Positions 8,895-18,420 of a stretch of DNA of 38,405 nucleotides are shown in pieces. Within the stretch, counting starts at the first letter, position 1. Each line of letters opens with the position of its first letter. The translations under genes were made by a program, and so were the position numbers. The notes beneath the pieces were generated by a model. It did not search any database. It saw nothing but the letters and a program-made list of their open reading frames with translations, and was not told where the DNA came from. Origin of the DNA: a virus (lineage: Duplodnaviria; Heunggongvirae; Uroviricota; Caudoviricetes); the IMG/VR virus record IMGVR_UViG_2639762960_000007; one strand, 5' to 3'.

Positions 8895-11845
8895 CAGCGG
8901 TACTCCTTACGTTGTTTCTGAGCCAGCAGACGCTCCAGCATTTTTTCCAGCTCATGCAGACTCATATTCAGAGCACCAGTCAGTCCTGCAGGCGCTGTGG
9001 TTTCCCTGCCATTGAGGAAAAACTGAGGATTAAAGCTGACCTGGATACCACCAGACGTTCCACCGCCGGTTGCAGCTGCACCACGGCCTGAATATCCGGC
9101 AGCCATGATTTCAGGCGAGGGGATACGGGGAACATCCGGTGTCATCTCATTTGCCAGACGTTGCCCTGGTAAAATCGATGTCCGGGTGGAGAGCGGGATA
9201 GCGGGCATGGAAGACAAACTATTGATTACGGCTCCGATCGCATTTTTAGCAGACGACATAAACCCGTTGATATCGGGCAACGGCATACTGAAGCGAACAC
9301 CTGAAGTGTTATCCCGTATTTCTGGCCCCTGAATGCTCACGGGCATTCTGGGGAGCAGTTCACTGGCCATTCGCTGCCCGGCCAGAGCTGCAAGCGGAGT
9401 GGTCCGCTGCAGGCCAATGGCGGCCCCCTGCGCGATATTGTCACCAAAGCCCATAAACACGCGGCTCGGCGAATGAATACCCAGCTTTTCACTGAACCAG
9501 CCACTGATGCTGTCACCCATTCCGGTTACACTGGATTTGAGCGACTCCCATTTGTTTTTGATACCGTTAATCAGACCGTCGACAAGATGGCCACCGAAGT
9601 CGGTGAACTTTGCCGGCAGATCAACACCAAGATATTTCAGCGCAGCTGCAAAGGCTTTATAGAGCAGACCTGCCGGCGACCAGTTAATCAGCAGCTTACC
9701 AGTTCCCGCGATACCGCCGTTAAAGGCTTCCTGAATGTCAGCCCAGCACTGTTTAAACCAGCTACTGATGCTGTCACCCATTCCGGTTACACTGGATTTG
9801 AGCGACCCCCATTTGTTTTTGATACCGTTAATCAGACCGTCGATAAGATGGCCACCGAAGTCGGTGAACTTTGCCGGCAGAGCAACGCCGAAATATTTCA
9901 GCGCAGCCGCAAAGGCTTTATAGAGCAGGCCTGCCGGCGACCAGTTAATCAGTAACTTACCAATTCCCACAATGCCGCCGTTAAAGGCTTCCTGAATGTC
10001 TGCCCAGCGCTGTTTAAACCAGCCACTGACTGCCCCCCAGTTGCGGTAGATAAGGTAAGCTGCTGCCGCGACAGCGGTGATAACGAGACCGATGGGATTC
10101 ATCATCAGCGCACGTCCAATCCAGAGAACAGCACGTCCGGCGAGCATAATTCCGCGAACCAGCCCCCCGGAGAGCACGCCACTCAGTGTTCTGGCTCCTC
10201 TGGCGACGGCGCTAAATCCGGTCACCAGCCAGCGGAGCTTACCGCCTTGCCCCAGTGCGAGCGACAGACGAAGCCAGTTGGCCCGAAGTAAAACAGCATT
10301 TTTCCAGACACTTACAAAGGGGGAAATAAGGAGATTCAGCCCCAGTTTGAGACCAACAGTCGCTATCTTAATCGCAAGGAGCGCACTGATGAGCTTAAAA
10401 GCCCCACTGACAAATTGCGGGTGAGTCGCTACCCAGTGTTTTGCCCCCTGAATGAGTGGAAGCAGTTCCTGAGTCAAAGAAATAAAAGATGGAGCTAATT
10501 GATCGCCCAGCGTAATTGCCAGATCGCGACTGCTGACCATAAGTGTTTTAGTGGCTTCAAGGGGAGATTTCAGCCGCTGATCATAAGCACTGGCAAGCAA
10601 ATCGTTATCCGCAGCCCTGAGAGCACCGGCACGGATCTCTCGATATCTGTCCATGTTGGCCAGCATCGGGCGGATAAATGCCATGACCTGCATATCCGCG
10701 AACATATCGCCCAGACCAAAGTTTTTCGCCAGAGCCTGAAGTGCCTCATCTCTTGCCGTATCATTCTTTATTTTCATGGCTGATTTGAAGCCGGCCAGCG
10801 CTTCGGGGCTTTTGGCATTGAGGTAACGTTCTATAACACTCAACATCCCTTCAATCGGAGAGATCCCCGCAGCTTTATAACTCGCAATAGATCCCTGCAA
10901 ATCAATACCCAGATCAGCAAACTGTTTCTGAGTATCGCGGGCAAAAATTTTGGTAAGAAAGTTTTTAAAATTATTGGCTGCTTCGTCGGTGGAACCTGCA
11001 CCGATTTTTGCTATCTGGAGACTGGCCCCGATTTCAGCAACAGCCTCTTTTCCACTGGCAATACCCGCCATCATTGGGGCCAGGGACTGCATCCACTTGA
11101 CCTGATCCGGGATTTCAAATGACCCCTGGTCACCGGCATAAGCCATAATATTCTGAACGGCACCAAAATCTCTGGCCGCACCTTTCAGGGAGTTTTGCCA
11201 GACTGCGGCCACTTTTGCCCAGTCCTGAGCAGACGTGCGTGTTGCCGTTGCCGCGCGGGCAATATCCGGCATCAGAAAACCGATATCTGACACATTATCA
11301 ATATTGTCGCTGATGAGTGAACCCACCGCCTCCTGCAGCTCATCCTGATACTGATTGTATTTAAGCGCCCAGCCTTTTATCTGTCCGGCAAGTGCATCCC
11401 GCGTTTTATTGTCATATTTTGCGGTGATCGACATATCAATCATTTTGTCCTGAAAAGACATGGACTGCTGAACGGCAGGGGAAACCGTATGATAAACAGT
11501 CTGTGCCATGCCATACGCTTCAATCCCCTGACCATACAGCGCCATGCGGTTAGCTTTCAGCGCATCACTGGTAGCGGATGCCGCTGACAGACGGCGCTGC
11601 TGGCGCTCAATTTGCTCCATGGTGCGGCTTACCCGCAGCAGCTCGCTGTTGAGATGCTGCATCCGGGAAGAACCCAGTTGACCATAACGTTCTGTTGCAC
11701 GGGTTAAAGCGTTCTGACGTTCCTGCAGGCGGCGTGAGGTATCGCTCAGGGAATCAAGCGCACGGCGGGTACCGCTCATTGCAGAACGGAATGTGCTGCC
11801 AATCATCCCGCCGATAACAACGCCGACTGAAAACTGTCCCGACAT
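8894..11845 (-). CDS. Tail tape measure protein
   Basis: 983 aa; ATG at 11843..11845; long helical N-terminus, hydrophobic central segments, internal tandem duplication; sits between the chaperone and U-like genes. Confidence 0.85.
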   Translation of the reverse strand: MSGQFSVGVVIGGMIGSTFRSAMSGTRRALDSLSDTSRRLQERQNALTRATERYGQLGSSRMQHLNSELLRVSRTMEQIERQQRRLSAASATSDALKANRMALYGQGIEAYGMAQTVYHTVSPAVQQSMSFQDKMIDMSITAKYDNKTRDALAGQIKGWALKYNQYQDELQEAVGSLISDNIDNVSDIGFLMPDIARAATATRTSAQDWAKVAAVWQNSLKGAARDFGAVQNIMAYAGDQGSFEIPDQVKWMQSLAPMMAGIASGKEAVAEIGASLQIAKIGAGSTDEAANNFKNFLTKIFARDTQKQFADLGIDLQGSIASYKAAGISPIEGMLSVIERYLNAKSPEALAGFKSAMKIKNDTARDEALQALAKNFGLGDMFADMQVMAFIRPMLANMDRYREIRAGALRAADNDLLASAYDQRLKSPLEATKTLMVSSRDLAITLGDQLAPSFISLTQELLPLIQGAKHWVATHPQFVSGAFKLISALLAIKIATVGLKLGLNLLISPFVSVWKNAVLLRANWLRLSLALGQGGKLRWLVTGFSAVARGARTLSGVLSGGLVRGIMLAGRAVLWIGRALMMNPIGLVITAVAAAAYLIYRNWGAVSGWFKQRWADIQEAFNGGIVGIGKLLINWSPAGLLYKAFAAALKYFGVALPAKFTDFGGHLIDGLINGIKNKWGSLKSSVTGMGDSISSWFKQCWADIQEAFNGGIAGTGKLLINWSPAGLLYKAFAAALKYLGVDLPAKFTDFGGHLVDGLINGIKNKWESLKSSVTGMGDSISGWFSEKLGIHSPSRVFMGFGDNIAQGAAIGLQRTTPLAALAGQRMASELLPRMPVSIQGPEIRDNTSGVRFSMPLPDINGFMSSAKNAIGAVINSLSSMPAIPLSTRTSILPGQRLANEMTPDVPRIPSPEIMAAGYSGRGAAATGGGTSGGIQVSFNPQFFLNGRETTAPAGLTGALNMSLHELEKMLERLLAQKQRKEYR
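9495..10016 (-). repeat. Two tandem ~261-bp direct repeats inside the tape measure gene, plus the start of a third
   Basis: actgatgctgtcacccattccggttacactggatttgagcga at 9503 recurs at 9764; the encoded 87-aa units (WFKQRWADIQEAFNGG...GMGDSIS) are nearly identical. Confidence 0.85.
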
Positions 11846-11920
11846 AGTGGTTAACCTCCGGGGAAGGTGAAAAGACGTGAGGGGATAACGCAGAACAGCC
11901 GCTACTGGCGGCTGTCTGTA

Positions 11921-12178
11921 CTATGATTTGTCGCCGTACTCGCTTTTTATTTGCTCTTCAGCCTGCTCCAGCCACATCTCCAGATCGTCAGTATCGAGGG
12001 CATCAATCTCCCCCGGCTGAAACCGGAACCATCTCGCCAGCAGCCCCTGCGCCTGCGTCAGCGCCCTGGTTGCTCTCACCCATCCCCGTGATGAGCTGAA
12101 ATCGTTTCTGTAACTGCAGGTAATCAGCCAGATCCATATTGTCGAGATCTTCCGGGAGAAGACCAGTACTGCGGGCAA
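11921..12178 (-). CDS. Out-of-frame extension ORF overlapping the 3' end of the tail chaperone gene (E'-like; putative frameshift product)
   Basis: ORF in the +1/-2 frame relative to the E-like gene, overlapping 12003..12178 and running to 11921. This is the standard position for a programmed frameshift in tail assembly chaperones. The slip site was not identified. Confidence 0.4.
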   Translation of the reverse strand: MPAVLVFSRKISTIWIWLITCSYRNDFSSSRGWVRATRALTQAQGLLARWFRFQPGEIDALDTDDLEMWLEQAEEQIKSEYGDKS

Positions 12179-12338
12179 TCAGCGGTTCGTCCCAGTCTGC
12201 CGGGTTTTTGCTGATTTTGCGCACCTGCTTCAGGTCTTTTACCGTCAGGCGTTTCAGTTCAACCAGCTCAATTCTGGTACCTGCAGCAGTGGTGAAGGGA
12301 TAAGACAATTTAAAAGTATCGGATGGGGTCTGTGACAT
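12003..12338 (-). CDS. Tail assembly chaperone, P2 gpE-like
   Basis: 111 aa; ATG at 12336..12338; lies just upstream of the tape measure gene with an overlapping second-frame ORF. Confidence 0.6.
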   Translation of the reverse strand: MSQTPSDTFKLSYPFTTAAGTRIELVELKRLTVKDLKQVRKISKNPADWDEPLIARSTGLLPEDLDNMDLADYLQLQKRFQLITGMGESNQGADAGAGAAGEMVPVSAGGD

Positions 12339-12435
12339 GATTGTGCTCCTGTGTAAGTTCAGGGCAGTATGTCGGGAGAAGCGCGTGACGGATATTAAAG
12401 GAGATTAAGAAGAAGGGGCCGGAGCCCCTGTGATG

Positions 12436-12717
12436 TCAGCAAGTGCGAAACCCCTTGCAGTTACGCAGGAAAGCGATGAGAAGCGTCTTTCCCTCAGATT
12501 TGCCGATGCCGGAGAACCAGTGGTCGGGAGGCTCCCATGCTTCAATCAAATCCGCCAGTTTGCGGGCCTTTGAACGTGTGCAGTCAATCGGGTCATTGGT
12601 TTTACGGGTATTAAAAAGGGTTTCCACCCCCGGAATATCAAGGAGGGTAAACCACGTACCATTTGACATGCCCAGTGCCGCACATCGTCCTCCTTTATCC
12701 GTCAGTTCAACACTCAC
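12436..12717 (-). CDS. Hypothetical small protein between tube and chaperone genes (doubtful)
   Basis: 93-aa ORF whose first codon is GTG; no recognisable motif; a similar-size ORF exists on the opposite strand, so coding status is uncertain. Confidence 0.25.
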   Translation of the reverse strand: MSVELTDKGGRCAALGMSNGTWFTLLDIPGVETLFNTRKTNDPIDCTRSKARKLADLIEAWEPPDHWFSGIGKSEGKTLLIAFLRNCKGFRTC

Positions 12718-12719
12718 CG

Positions 12720-13241
12720 TCAGCCCCCGATATTGATACGGTAGTCAGTCAGTTGATCAACACCGCCGACCCGGAAGATGTTGGCCAGATAGTCCAGTTG
12801 CAGCAGCTCTTCACCATCCAGTACCTGTCTGATATACGTGCAGGTGAAGCTACTGGAGAACTCGGCGTTCTCGTGCTGTTTGAACGTCCCCAGCGGGTTC
12901 TTCTTGAACATAATCGTCAGGAAGGTGACCAGCGGGATTTCGTCAATCAGCCCCTGCGAGCTGTAGCGCTGGACGCTGGAACGACACTGCAGTGCCAGCG
13001 ACCTGTACGGGTTCGCGGCAGACAGCATCGCATCGCGGTAAAAGCTGTTCCATTTGATTTCGCCTTCCAGTTTGTCAAAACCAGCCGGGAGTTCCACCTT
13101 ACCCACCATCCCCAGCGCCTTGTGTTCCTGCATAATCATGGAGACATCGGGGAGTTTAACTTCCTCAGCCCGTCCCAGCAGGTTAGTACCATCCAGATAG
13201 ATGTTGGCATTCGTGATGCGGTTTATCTCAATCTTTGACAT
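12720..13241 (-). CDS. Tail tube protein (P2 FII-like)
   Basis: 173 aa; ATG at 13239..13241 in ATGA overlap with the sheath stop; sheath-tube order. Confidence 0.8.
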   Translation of the reverse strand: MSKIEINRITNANIYLDGTNLLGRAEEVKLPDVSMIMQEHKALGMVGKVELPAGFDKLEGEIKWNSFYRDAMLSAANPYRSLALQCRSSVQRYSSQGLIDEIPLVTFLTIMFKKNPLGTFKQHENAEFSSSFTCTYIRQVLDGEELLQLDYLANIFRVGGVDQLTDYRINIGG

Positions 13242-14668
13242 CAGTTGCCCCCTTTCAGGGTTAACAGGTATTCCGAGGTGATCTCAGTCTCAAACGTCAG
13301 TCGCTCCAGCGGCGGTGGTGGCGTATATTTGTAGCTCAGCAACAGGTGCCCGGCGGCCAGCTCCGTCTCCGGATTGCGGGCCGGATCAAACCAGCAACGG
13401 AAGCCCAGTACCGCACCATCACCAGTCATTTTGCGACCGTAGGCGTTGACCGACTCCGTCAGTGCATCAATCAGCGCCTGAGTAATCGGCATGTCGATGT
13501 ACTGCTGGCTGAAATAACGAATGGACTCGTTGATCACATCACCGGTGCGGCGAACGTTCTCAAAGTTACGCATATGGGTGACCGTTGGCCATGCTGCCGT
13601 CCGGTTACCCCACAGACGAAGGCCGCTGCCGTAACTGCTGAATACCGTGGTGATCCCCTGTTCGTTAAGCAGGTTCACCTCACTCTGCGGGTCATCAATC
13701 ATCGCGGACAGCTGGCGCTCCACGCCGGTGATCCCCAGAATCTCCTGATTGGAGGATGACCACCAGTAGCCCTTGTCCAGATCGACTCTGGCACGCAGAC
13801 CTGCTGCACGCTGGCTGAGCGGCTCCAGACGCTCTGTGTTTGTCACCGGGTCATATACCTTCACATGCGGATAGCACAGACGGACGCGGTCGGAGCTGGT
13901 ATTGAAGTTGATGGTGCCTTCCGGGCCACGACCTGCCAGAGCCTGTGCAAAGGTGGTACCGACAGGCGCATCAATGTAGGTTACCGCGCCCAGCTTCTCT
14001 GCCATGGCGATAAGCTCAACTGCGACACTCTTCTGGGTGCAGAACACCGGCGCAATCAGAATTTTGGCGAAATAGCCGTACAGGTTGAAGCTGTCGTTAA
14101 GCAGCTTCATGCCGGTTCGGTTTCCGGCGCTGTTCACCCCGCCGATGATGTCCGCCGCAGTCACCTTCGACGGGTCCGCGTACTCATAGCTCACCTTCAC
14201 GCTGCCACCGGCCTCAATAGCCTTGCCCAGGTTCGTGAGCACACCCGCCTGCGCATCAACACGGTAGTCCGTGTTCGCCGTGTGGGTGGTGCTGCCTTCA
14301 CTGTTTTTCACCACCACATTAGCGACAACCGGATGCGCCAGTCTGGCCTGCCCTGTCGATTTGTCAAAGGTAACCACCTCATCCTCGATCGCCGTTTTAT
14401 GTTTCGCCGGGTCGAGGACGTTAATGACCAGAACGGTGCCTGCACCATGGTCATAAATCGCATCCAGCGCCTGCGGAATGGTAAAGCCGGTGAACTGGCT
14501 GCCAAATGCCGCTGCGTCTTTCTCAGACAGGCACTGTACCAGCGTATTGACATCCCCCATCGGGGCGGTACCAATCAGGCCAATAACGGCAGATTTCACC
14601 GTTTTAACCGGGCGGGCACCGTTTTCCACCTCAATGGTTTCGGGACCATGCAGATAGTTAGCTGCCAT
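13241..14668 (-). CDS. Contractile tail sheath protein (P2 FI-like)
   Basis: 475 aa; ATG at 14666..14668 preceded by GGAGG; size and position typical of myovirus sheath. Confidence 0.9.
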   Translation of the reverse strand: MAANYLHGPETIEVENGARPVKTVKSAVIGLIGTAPMGDVNTLVQCLSEKDAAAFGSQFTGFTIPQALDAIYDHGAGTVLVINVLDPAKHKTAIEDEVVTFDKSTGQARLAHPVVANVVVKNSEGSTTHTANTDYRVDAQAGVLTNLGKAIEAGGSVKVSYEYADPSKVTAADIIGGVNSAGNRTGMKLLNDSFNLYGYFAKILIAPVFCTQKSVAVELIAMAEKLGAVTYIDAPVGTTFAQALAGRGPEGTINFNTSSDRVRLCYPHVKVYDPVTNTERLEPLSQRAAGLRARVDLDKGYWWSSSNQEILGITGVERQLSAMIDDPQSEVNLLNEQGITTVFSSYGSGLRLWGNRTAAWPTVTHMRNFENVRRTGDVINESIRYFSQQYIDMPITQALIDALTESVNAYGRKMTGDGAVLGFRCWFDPARNPETELAAGHLLLSYKYTPPPPLERLTFETEITSEYLLTLKGGN

Positions 14669-14909
14669 GGGTGTCCTCCGTTTTCACTTCGCTGTCACTG
14701 CTGCTTCTGCGCTTTGGTGACTGCACAGCCGGTGTGCCGGCGGGTTTAGTCTCTTCAGGTACCGGCGTCAGATGTTTCAGCGCCACCAGTACCTTCACGT
14801 AGTCATGCTCCTCCGGCAGGGAAACCGTCTTCCCCGGCCAGAGCAGGATTTCGGTTCCGTCCGACAGCGTGACGCCGCTGGCCGGGCCGGAATAGCGGTA
14901 TTCTTTCAT
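14658..14909 (-). CDS. Small conserved phage protein preceding the sheath (DUF2635-like)
   Basis: ATG at 14907..14909 (track start is GTG); ATGA overlap with the upstream gene; conserved position in Mu-like tails. Confidence 0.5.
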   Translation of the reverse strand: MKEYRYSGPASGVTLSDGTEILLWPGKTVSLPEEHDYVKVLVALKHLTPVPEETKPAGTPAVQSPKRRSSSDSEVKTEDTHGS

Positions 14910-15373
14910 CACTCGCTTTCCTCATAGTTCACTTCGGTTAACAGCGGGCCGGACGGTAAATCGCTGTCTTCGATAAAGACGCTTTCAGTCGCGAAGTCGA
15001 GGGCGTACTGCCACAGCCCCCTGACTTCACCGATAAACACCTCGCGGGTCAGCCAGATACGGCGGCGGCAGCCGGGCGGGGTGTGGCCACCGAGAATGCG
15101 GCGGACAGCATCCAGGACATTAATCGCCCCTTTTTTACCGTTGAGCTGGCGGAAGACCACCGTGACGCAGAGCTGGATAGTCTGAGACTGGATCACCGCA
15201 CCGGTATCATCCGGCCTGTCAAAGCGCGAACCGGCATAGCTCAACAGCAACGCGCCAACCGGATGGTTCAGGCGATATTCAGCCGGTTTCTCCGGGAAGT
15301 ACTCCACCTGCAGTTGCGGCAGCTTCTCGCGTAACCGGGCCAGTACCGCATCAAGGACGGGCAGAACGTTCAT
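14909..15373 (-). CDS. Mu gp37-like head-tail joining/completion protein
   Basis: 154 aa; ATG at 15371..15373; position after the gp36-like gene. Confidence 0.55.
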   Translation of the reverse strand: MNVLPVLDAVLARLREKLPQLQVEYFPEKPAEYRLNHPVGALLLSYAGSRFDRPDDTGAVIQSQTIQLCVTVVFRQLNGKKGAINVLDAVRRILGGHTPPGCRRRIWLTREVFIGEVRGLWQYALDFATESVFIEDSDLPSGPLLTEVNYEESE

Positions 15374-15819
15374 CAGTATTTCTCCAGTAAACCGTCACGA
15401 CCGCCGAAAGTGGCCGGGCGACTGCGTACACGAAACTCGCCAGGCTCAGGCACATCTTTCTGAGTGGACGGCAGCCCCAGCGTGAGCCTGTTATCACGTA
15501 ACTCCCTGAGTTGCCGCAGCGCTTCTTTGTGGTCATCCTTCACCGTATCCGGGAGGTCACCTTCCGGGCGGCGGGCGTAGAGCCGGTAACGGACCAGCGT
15601 GATGGCAATGTCCCGCAGAACAGTCGGTATCTCTGCCAGTGGCAGGATATAGCGTCCGCGCAGATGGGCATCAATCAGCTCGTCGGCATAGCGGATACAG
15701 CTGTCCACCACACGGGTATTCACTGTTGCAGGCGAGTCGAAGTCCATCTCTTCACTGGTGAGTTCGATAAGCGTCCGCTCCGGCACCTGCGCAAGCAAAT
15801 CCTCCAGGGTGCAGTACAT
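15373..15819 (-). CDS. Mu gp36-like protein
   Basis: ATG at 15817..15819 gives 148 aa starting MYCTLEDLLAQVPERTLIELT; the track ORF extends upstream with no obvious start signal. Confidence 0.55.
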   Translation of the reverse strand: MYCTLEDLLAQVPERTLIELTSEEMDFDSPATVNTRVVDSCIRYADELIDAHLRGRYILPLAEIPTVLRDIAITLVRYRLYARRPEGDLPDTVKDDHKEALRQLRELRDNRLTLGLPSTQKDVPEPGEFRVRSRPATFGGRDGLLEKY

Positions 15820-15820
15820 G

Positions 15821-16159
15821 TCACACCCCGCGCAGGATACGAATGACGTCGCCTTCACCCCCGGCTTCATCAAGTGCAATACCACAGGATTTACCGTCGC
15901 CGGACTGCGGCACGGCTCTGGCCTGAGCATCTGACTGAACAGCCACACCACGGCTGACAGCGGCCCCGGCCTCGACAGCAATAATGCCCAGAACGCTCAC
16001 CGGCGTGCTGTCGCCGGTAACAGCATCCACTTCGGCAACCCCGAGCGCTGCGGCACCGGCTTTACAGGGGGTATTATCTGCCCCGACAAAACGCTGCTGT
16101 GTCAGTGCGGCCCCTGCCGTTACGGTTGTGATCAGAATGACCTGCTGAGTGGTTCCCAT
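15821..16159 (-). CDS. Gly/Ala-rich head-associated protein (DUF2190-like)
   Basis: 112 aa; ATG at 16157..16159 preceded by AAGGAGG; directly downstream of the major head gene. Confidence 0.5.
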   Translation of the reverse strand: MGTTQQVILITTVTAGAALTQQRFVGADNTPCKAGAAALGVAEVDAVTGDSTPVSVLGIIAVEAGAAVSRGVAVQSDAQARAVPQSGDGKSCGIALDEAGGEGDVIRILRGV

Positions 16160-16168
16160 AACGCCTCC

Positions 16169-17122
16169 TTATTTACTGATACCGGTGATGAGATACCCGG
16201 CATCGCCACCAACCACGGCGACTTTGTAGATATCGGTATAACGGCAGTACTTCACCTTGCCACCGGCTCCGTCGTATTTGTCAGCAACAGGCATCCCCTT
16301 ACGACGCAGGGTGTAGCCGAAGGACGGCTCGTTCTCGTCCGCGCTGTCCGCCCCGGGCTGCGGTTTGCCGACATAGTGCAGCATCAGGTTGTCTCCCCAG
16401 ATATCCGCCGGCACGCTGTCCTTATCCATTGCCGCTTTCATGGACGGCAGGGAGACAGGCGCACCGATGACGATCTCTTCGATCTGAAAGAGGTCCTGCA
16501 GGATTTCTGTGGTGATGCGCTTGCGTTCGTTGGCTCCGATGGCAGCCTGAAGTGCCGGATGGAACTTCAGCAGCGCCATCACGCCGGCACCCATGGTCAT
16601 CAGGTTAGGACGCAGCCCCGTGGCCGTACGGACCGCTTCCATACCGGCTTCAATCACCCCGATGGGGTCCCCCTTACCACCGGCCCAGCGATCACTGGCT
16701 GTCAGTTTTTTAACGTGCCCGGTACGGTAGACCTTTTGATCCTGAGCCAGACGGGCGGCGATAAGTTCACGGCGCAGGTTCACGCCATTCGTGGCGCGAC
16801 GGATGGCCTTGCTCTCTTCGTTAAACATGGACTCCGCCTGTTCGCGGTAATCCACCGGTGCTGCCAGATCGTGTTCACCCAGCACCAGATCCAGTGTGCC
16901 GGTTTTCTCACGGACCAGAACATTGCTGTCCGCCCCGACGGCACGCTCAGTGTCATATTCCACAAAGGCGGTTTTCCCGAAGGTCGGCACACGCACGCCT
17001 TCCTTGTCCGTCAGCACGACGGGGAAAATACGTTCGCCAATGAATGCGGCATTTTTATAGCCTCGGGCGATACTGGTCAGTACCGGATCAACGACACGTT
17101 TACCTTTTAAGTAATCAGACAT
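16169..17122 (-). CDS. Major head (capsid) protein, Mu T-like
   Basis: 317 aa; ATG at 17120..17122; follows the protease/scaffold gene as in Mu. Confidence 0.8.
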   Translation of the reverse strand: MSDYLKGKRVVDPVLTSIARGYKNAAFIGERIFPVVLTDKEGVRVPTFGKTAFVEYDTERAVGADSNVLVREKTGTLDLVLGEHDLAAPVDYREQAESMFNEESKAIRRATNGVNLRRELIAARLAQDQKVYRTGHVKKLTASDRWAGGKGDPIGVIEAGMEAVRTATGLRPNLMTMGAGVMALLKFHPALQAAIGANERKRITTEILQDLFQIEEIVIGAPVSLPSMKAAMDKDSVPADIWGDNLMLHYVGKPQPGADSADENEPSFGYTLRRKGMPVADKYDGAGGKVKYCRYTDIYKVAVVGGDAGYLITGISK

Positions 17123-17136
17123 GATTTCTCCTTAAA

Positions 17137-18252
17137 TTACAGGCAGCGTGCGACAGCAGCCTCATAGCTGATGCCTTCTTTTTTGGACAGGGCCACTGCT
17201 TTCTGATGCAGGGCCAGACGCTCAGGATCGGCTTCCGCAAACTCCGCCACATCCACCTTCACCGTGTCGCCGACACGCTCCTTTGTGGCCTGTTCGGCGA
17301 AATTCATCACCGGCTCCCCGTCGGAGAGCAATGAACGGAAGGCGGTGGCCAGCGGCGTGCGGCTTTCCCCCTCAGCAAACTCCACCGGCTTGTCGCCACC
17401 GGCGACGGCATCCAGCAGGGCAACCACCACGGAGGAGGCGCGGGGAGCCAGACGCCCCTCTGCGACCAGTTTTTCTGCAAAGGCCACATTGTCCTTATGC
17501 AGTTGCTCCTGTCTGGCCTGTGCATCACGCGCATCGCGATCAGCAGCCTGCTGCTTCAGGCGGCGGTTCTCCTCCTGAAGGGCTTCAATCTCTTCTTTTG
17601 TCATCGATGATTCCTCGTTACTTGCGGAAGACGGCACCTGGCCTGTCTCACTGAATTGTGCACCTGCTGCATCCTGCGACGGTGCGTCGCGGTACGCCTC
17701 TTCGCGCAGATTGTTGAGCTGCCATTCCGGCAGGACTTTTTCTGCTTCGTCCAGACTGAAGCGGGCGATCAGAAAATCGCGCAGCTTTCCCCACAGGGAG
17801 GCATTCGTGATGGCCTGCCAGTCGGCGAACTCCACCACACCTTCTTCCTGCTCACTGAAGGACACCTGTTTCAGCCCCTTGACGGAAGGTGGCTGTGCCC
17901 CGAGAAAGCCCACATGGCGCAGGTAGAGCACGCCGGGCTTCGGATTGGACGGTGAATCCGGGAGGTAGAAAGAGGCGGACACTTTTTTGAATCGTCCGTT
18001 GGTGACCATCTCAGCAAACTGCGGGTCCAGCTGGGCAGGCTCTGCCATCAGATCGACGCCGCTGAGCGACAGGGCTTTCACCCAGCCCCACGCCGGGTCT
18101 TCCGTTCTGGGATGACCAATCACGAGTGGTGCTTCATGGACGGACGGGTCATAGGCTTTCACGCAGGCGGCAAGATCGTCTGGCGTGAACGGCAGTTTTT
18201 TGCCGTGCATATCGGTATGAGTACCGGCTTTAAAAATGTGAATGGCTGACAT
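17137..18252 (-). CDS. Head protease/scaffold protein, Mu I-like
   Basis: 371 aa; ATG at 18250..18252; charged coiled-coil C-terminal half (scaffold-like) after a globular N-terminal domain. Confidence 0.75.
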   Translation of the reverse strand: MSAIHIFKAGTHTDMHGKKLPFTPDDLAACVKAYDPSVHEAPLVIGHPRTEDPAWGWVKALSLSGVDLMAEPAQLDPQFAEMVTNGRFKKVSASFYLPDSPSNPKPGVLYLRHVGFLGAQPPSVKGLKQVSFSEQEEGVVEFADWQAITNASLWGKLRDFLIARFSLDEAEKVLPEWQLNNLREEAYRDAPSQDAAGAQFSETGQVPSSASNEESSMTKEEIEALQEENRRLKQQAADRDARDAQARQEQLHKDNVAFAEKLVAEGRLAPRASSVVVALLDAVAGGDKPVEFAEGESRTPLATAFRSLLSDGEPVMNFAEQATKERVGDTVKVDVAEFAEADPERLALHQKAVALSKKEGISYEAAVARCL

Positions 18253-18388
18253 TTTGCTGTCCCGCGTTATGTTGTCGGAGACAGTTTGTGAGAAATGCAG
18301 GCCCGGCGATTTTAATCTGCTTTAGAAAACATCAGGGGAGAAGGACAGGGAAAGCAATGCGGTGAACCGGAAGCGGTTATAAAACAGA

Positions 18389-18420
18389 GGCTGTAAAGCC
18401 TTTATAAAGGTAATACAGCC
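18389..18420 (-). terminator. Candidate intrinsic terminator between the G-like and I-like genes
   Basis: Near-palindrome ggctgtaaagcctttataaaggtaatacagcc. On the minus strand it is followed by tctgttttat. Confidence 0.35.

Noticed and set aside
3050-10030. Possible CRISPR array, because of regular repeats
   Set aside because: Repeats in the fibre (3050..3870) and tape measure (9495..10030) are long, in-frame coding duplications without short unique spacers or nearby cas genes.
13865-14749. 294-aa plus-strand ORF
   Set aside because: Lies entirely antisense within the well-supported tail sheath gene; its composition mirrors the GC-rich coding strand and it has no start context. Treated as a shadow ORF.
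16376-17110. 244-aa plus-strand ORF
   Set aside because: Antisense to the major head gene; Arg/His-rich low-complexity translation typical of a shadow frame.
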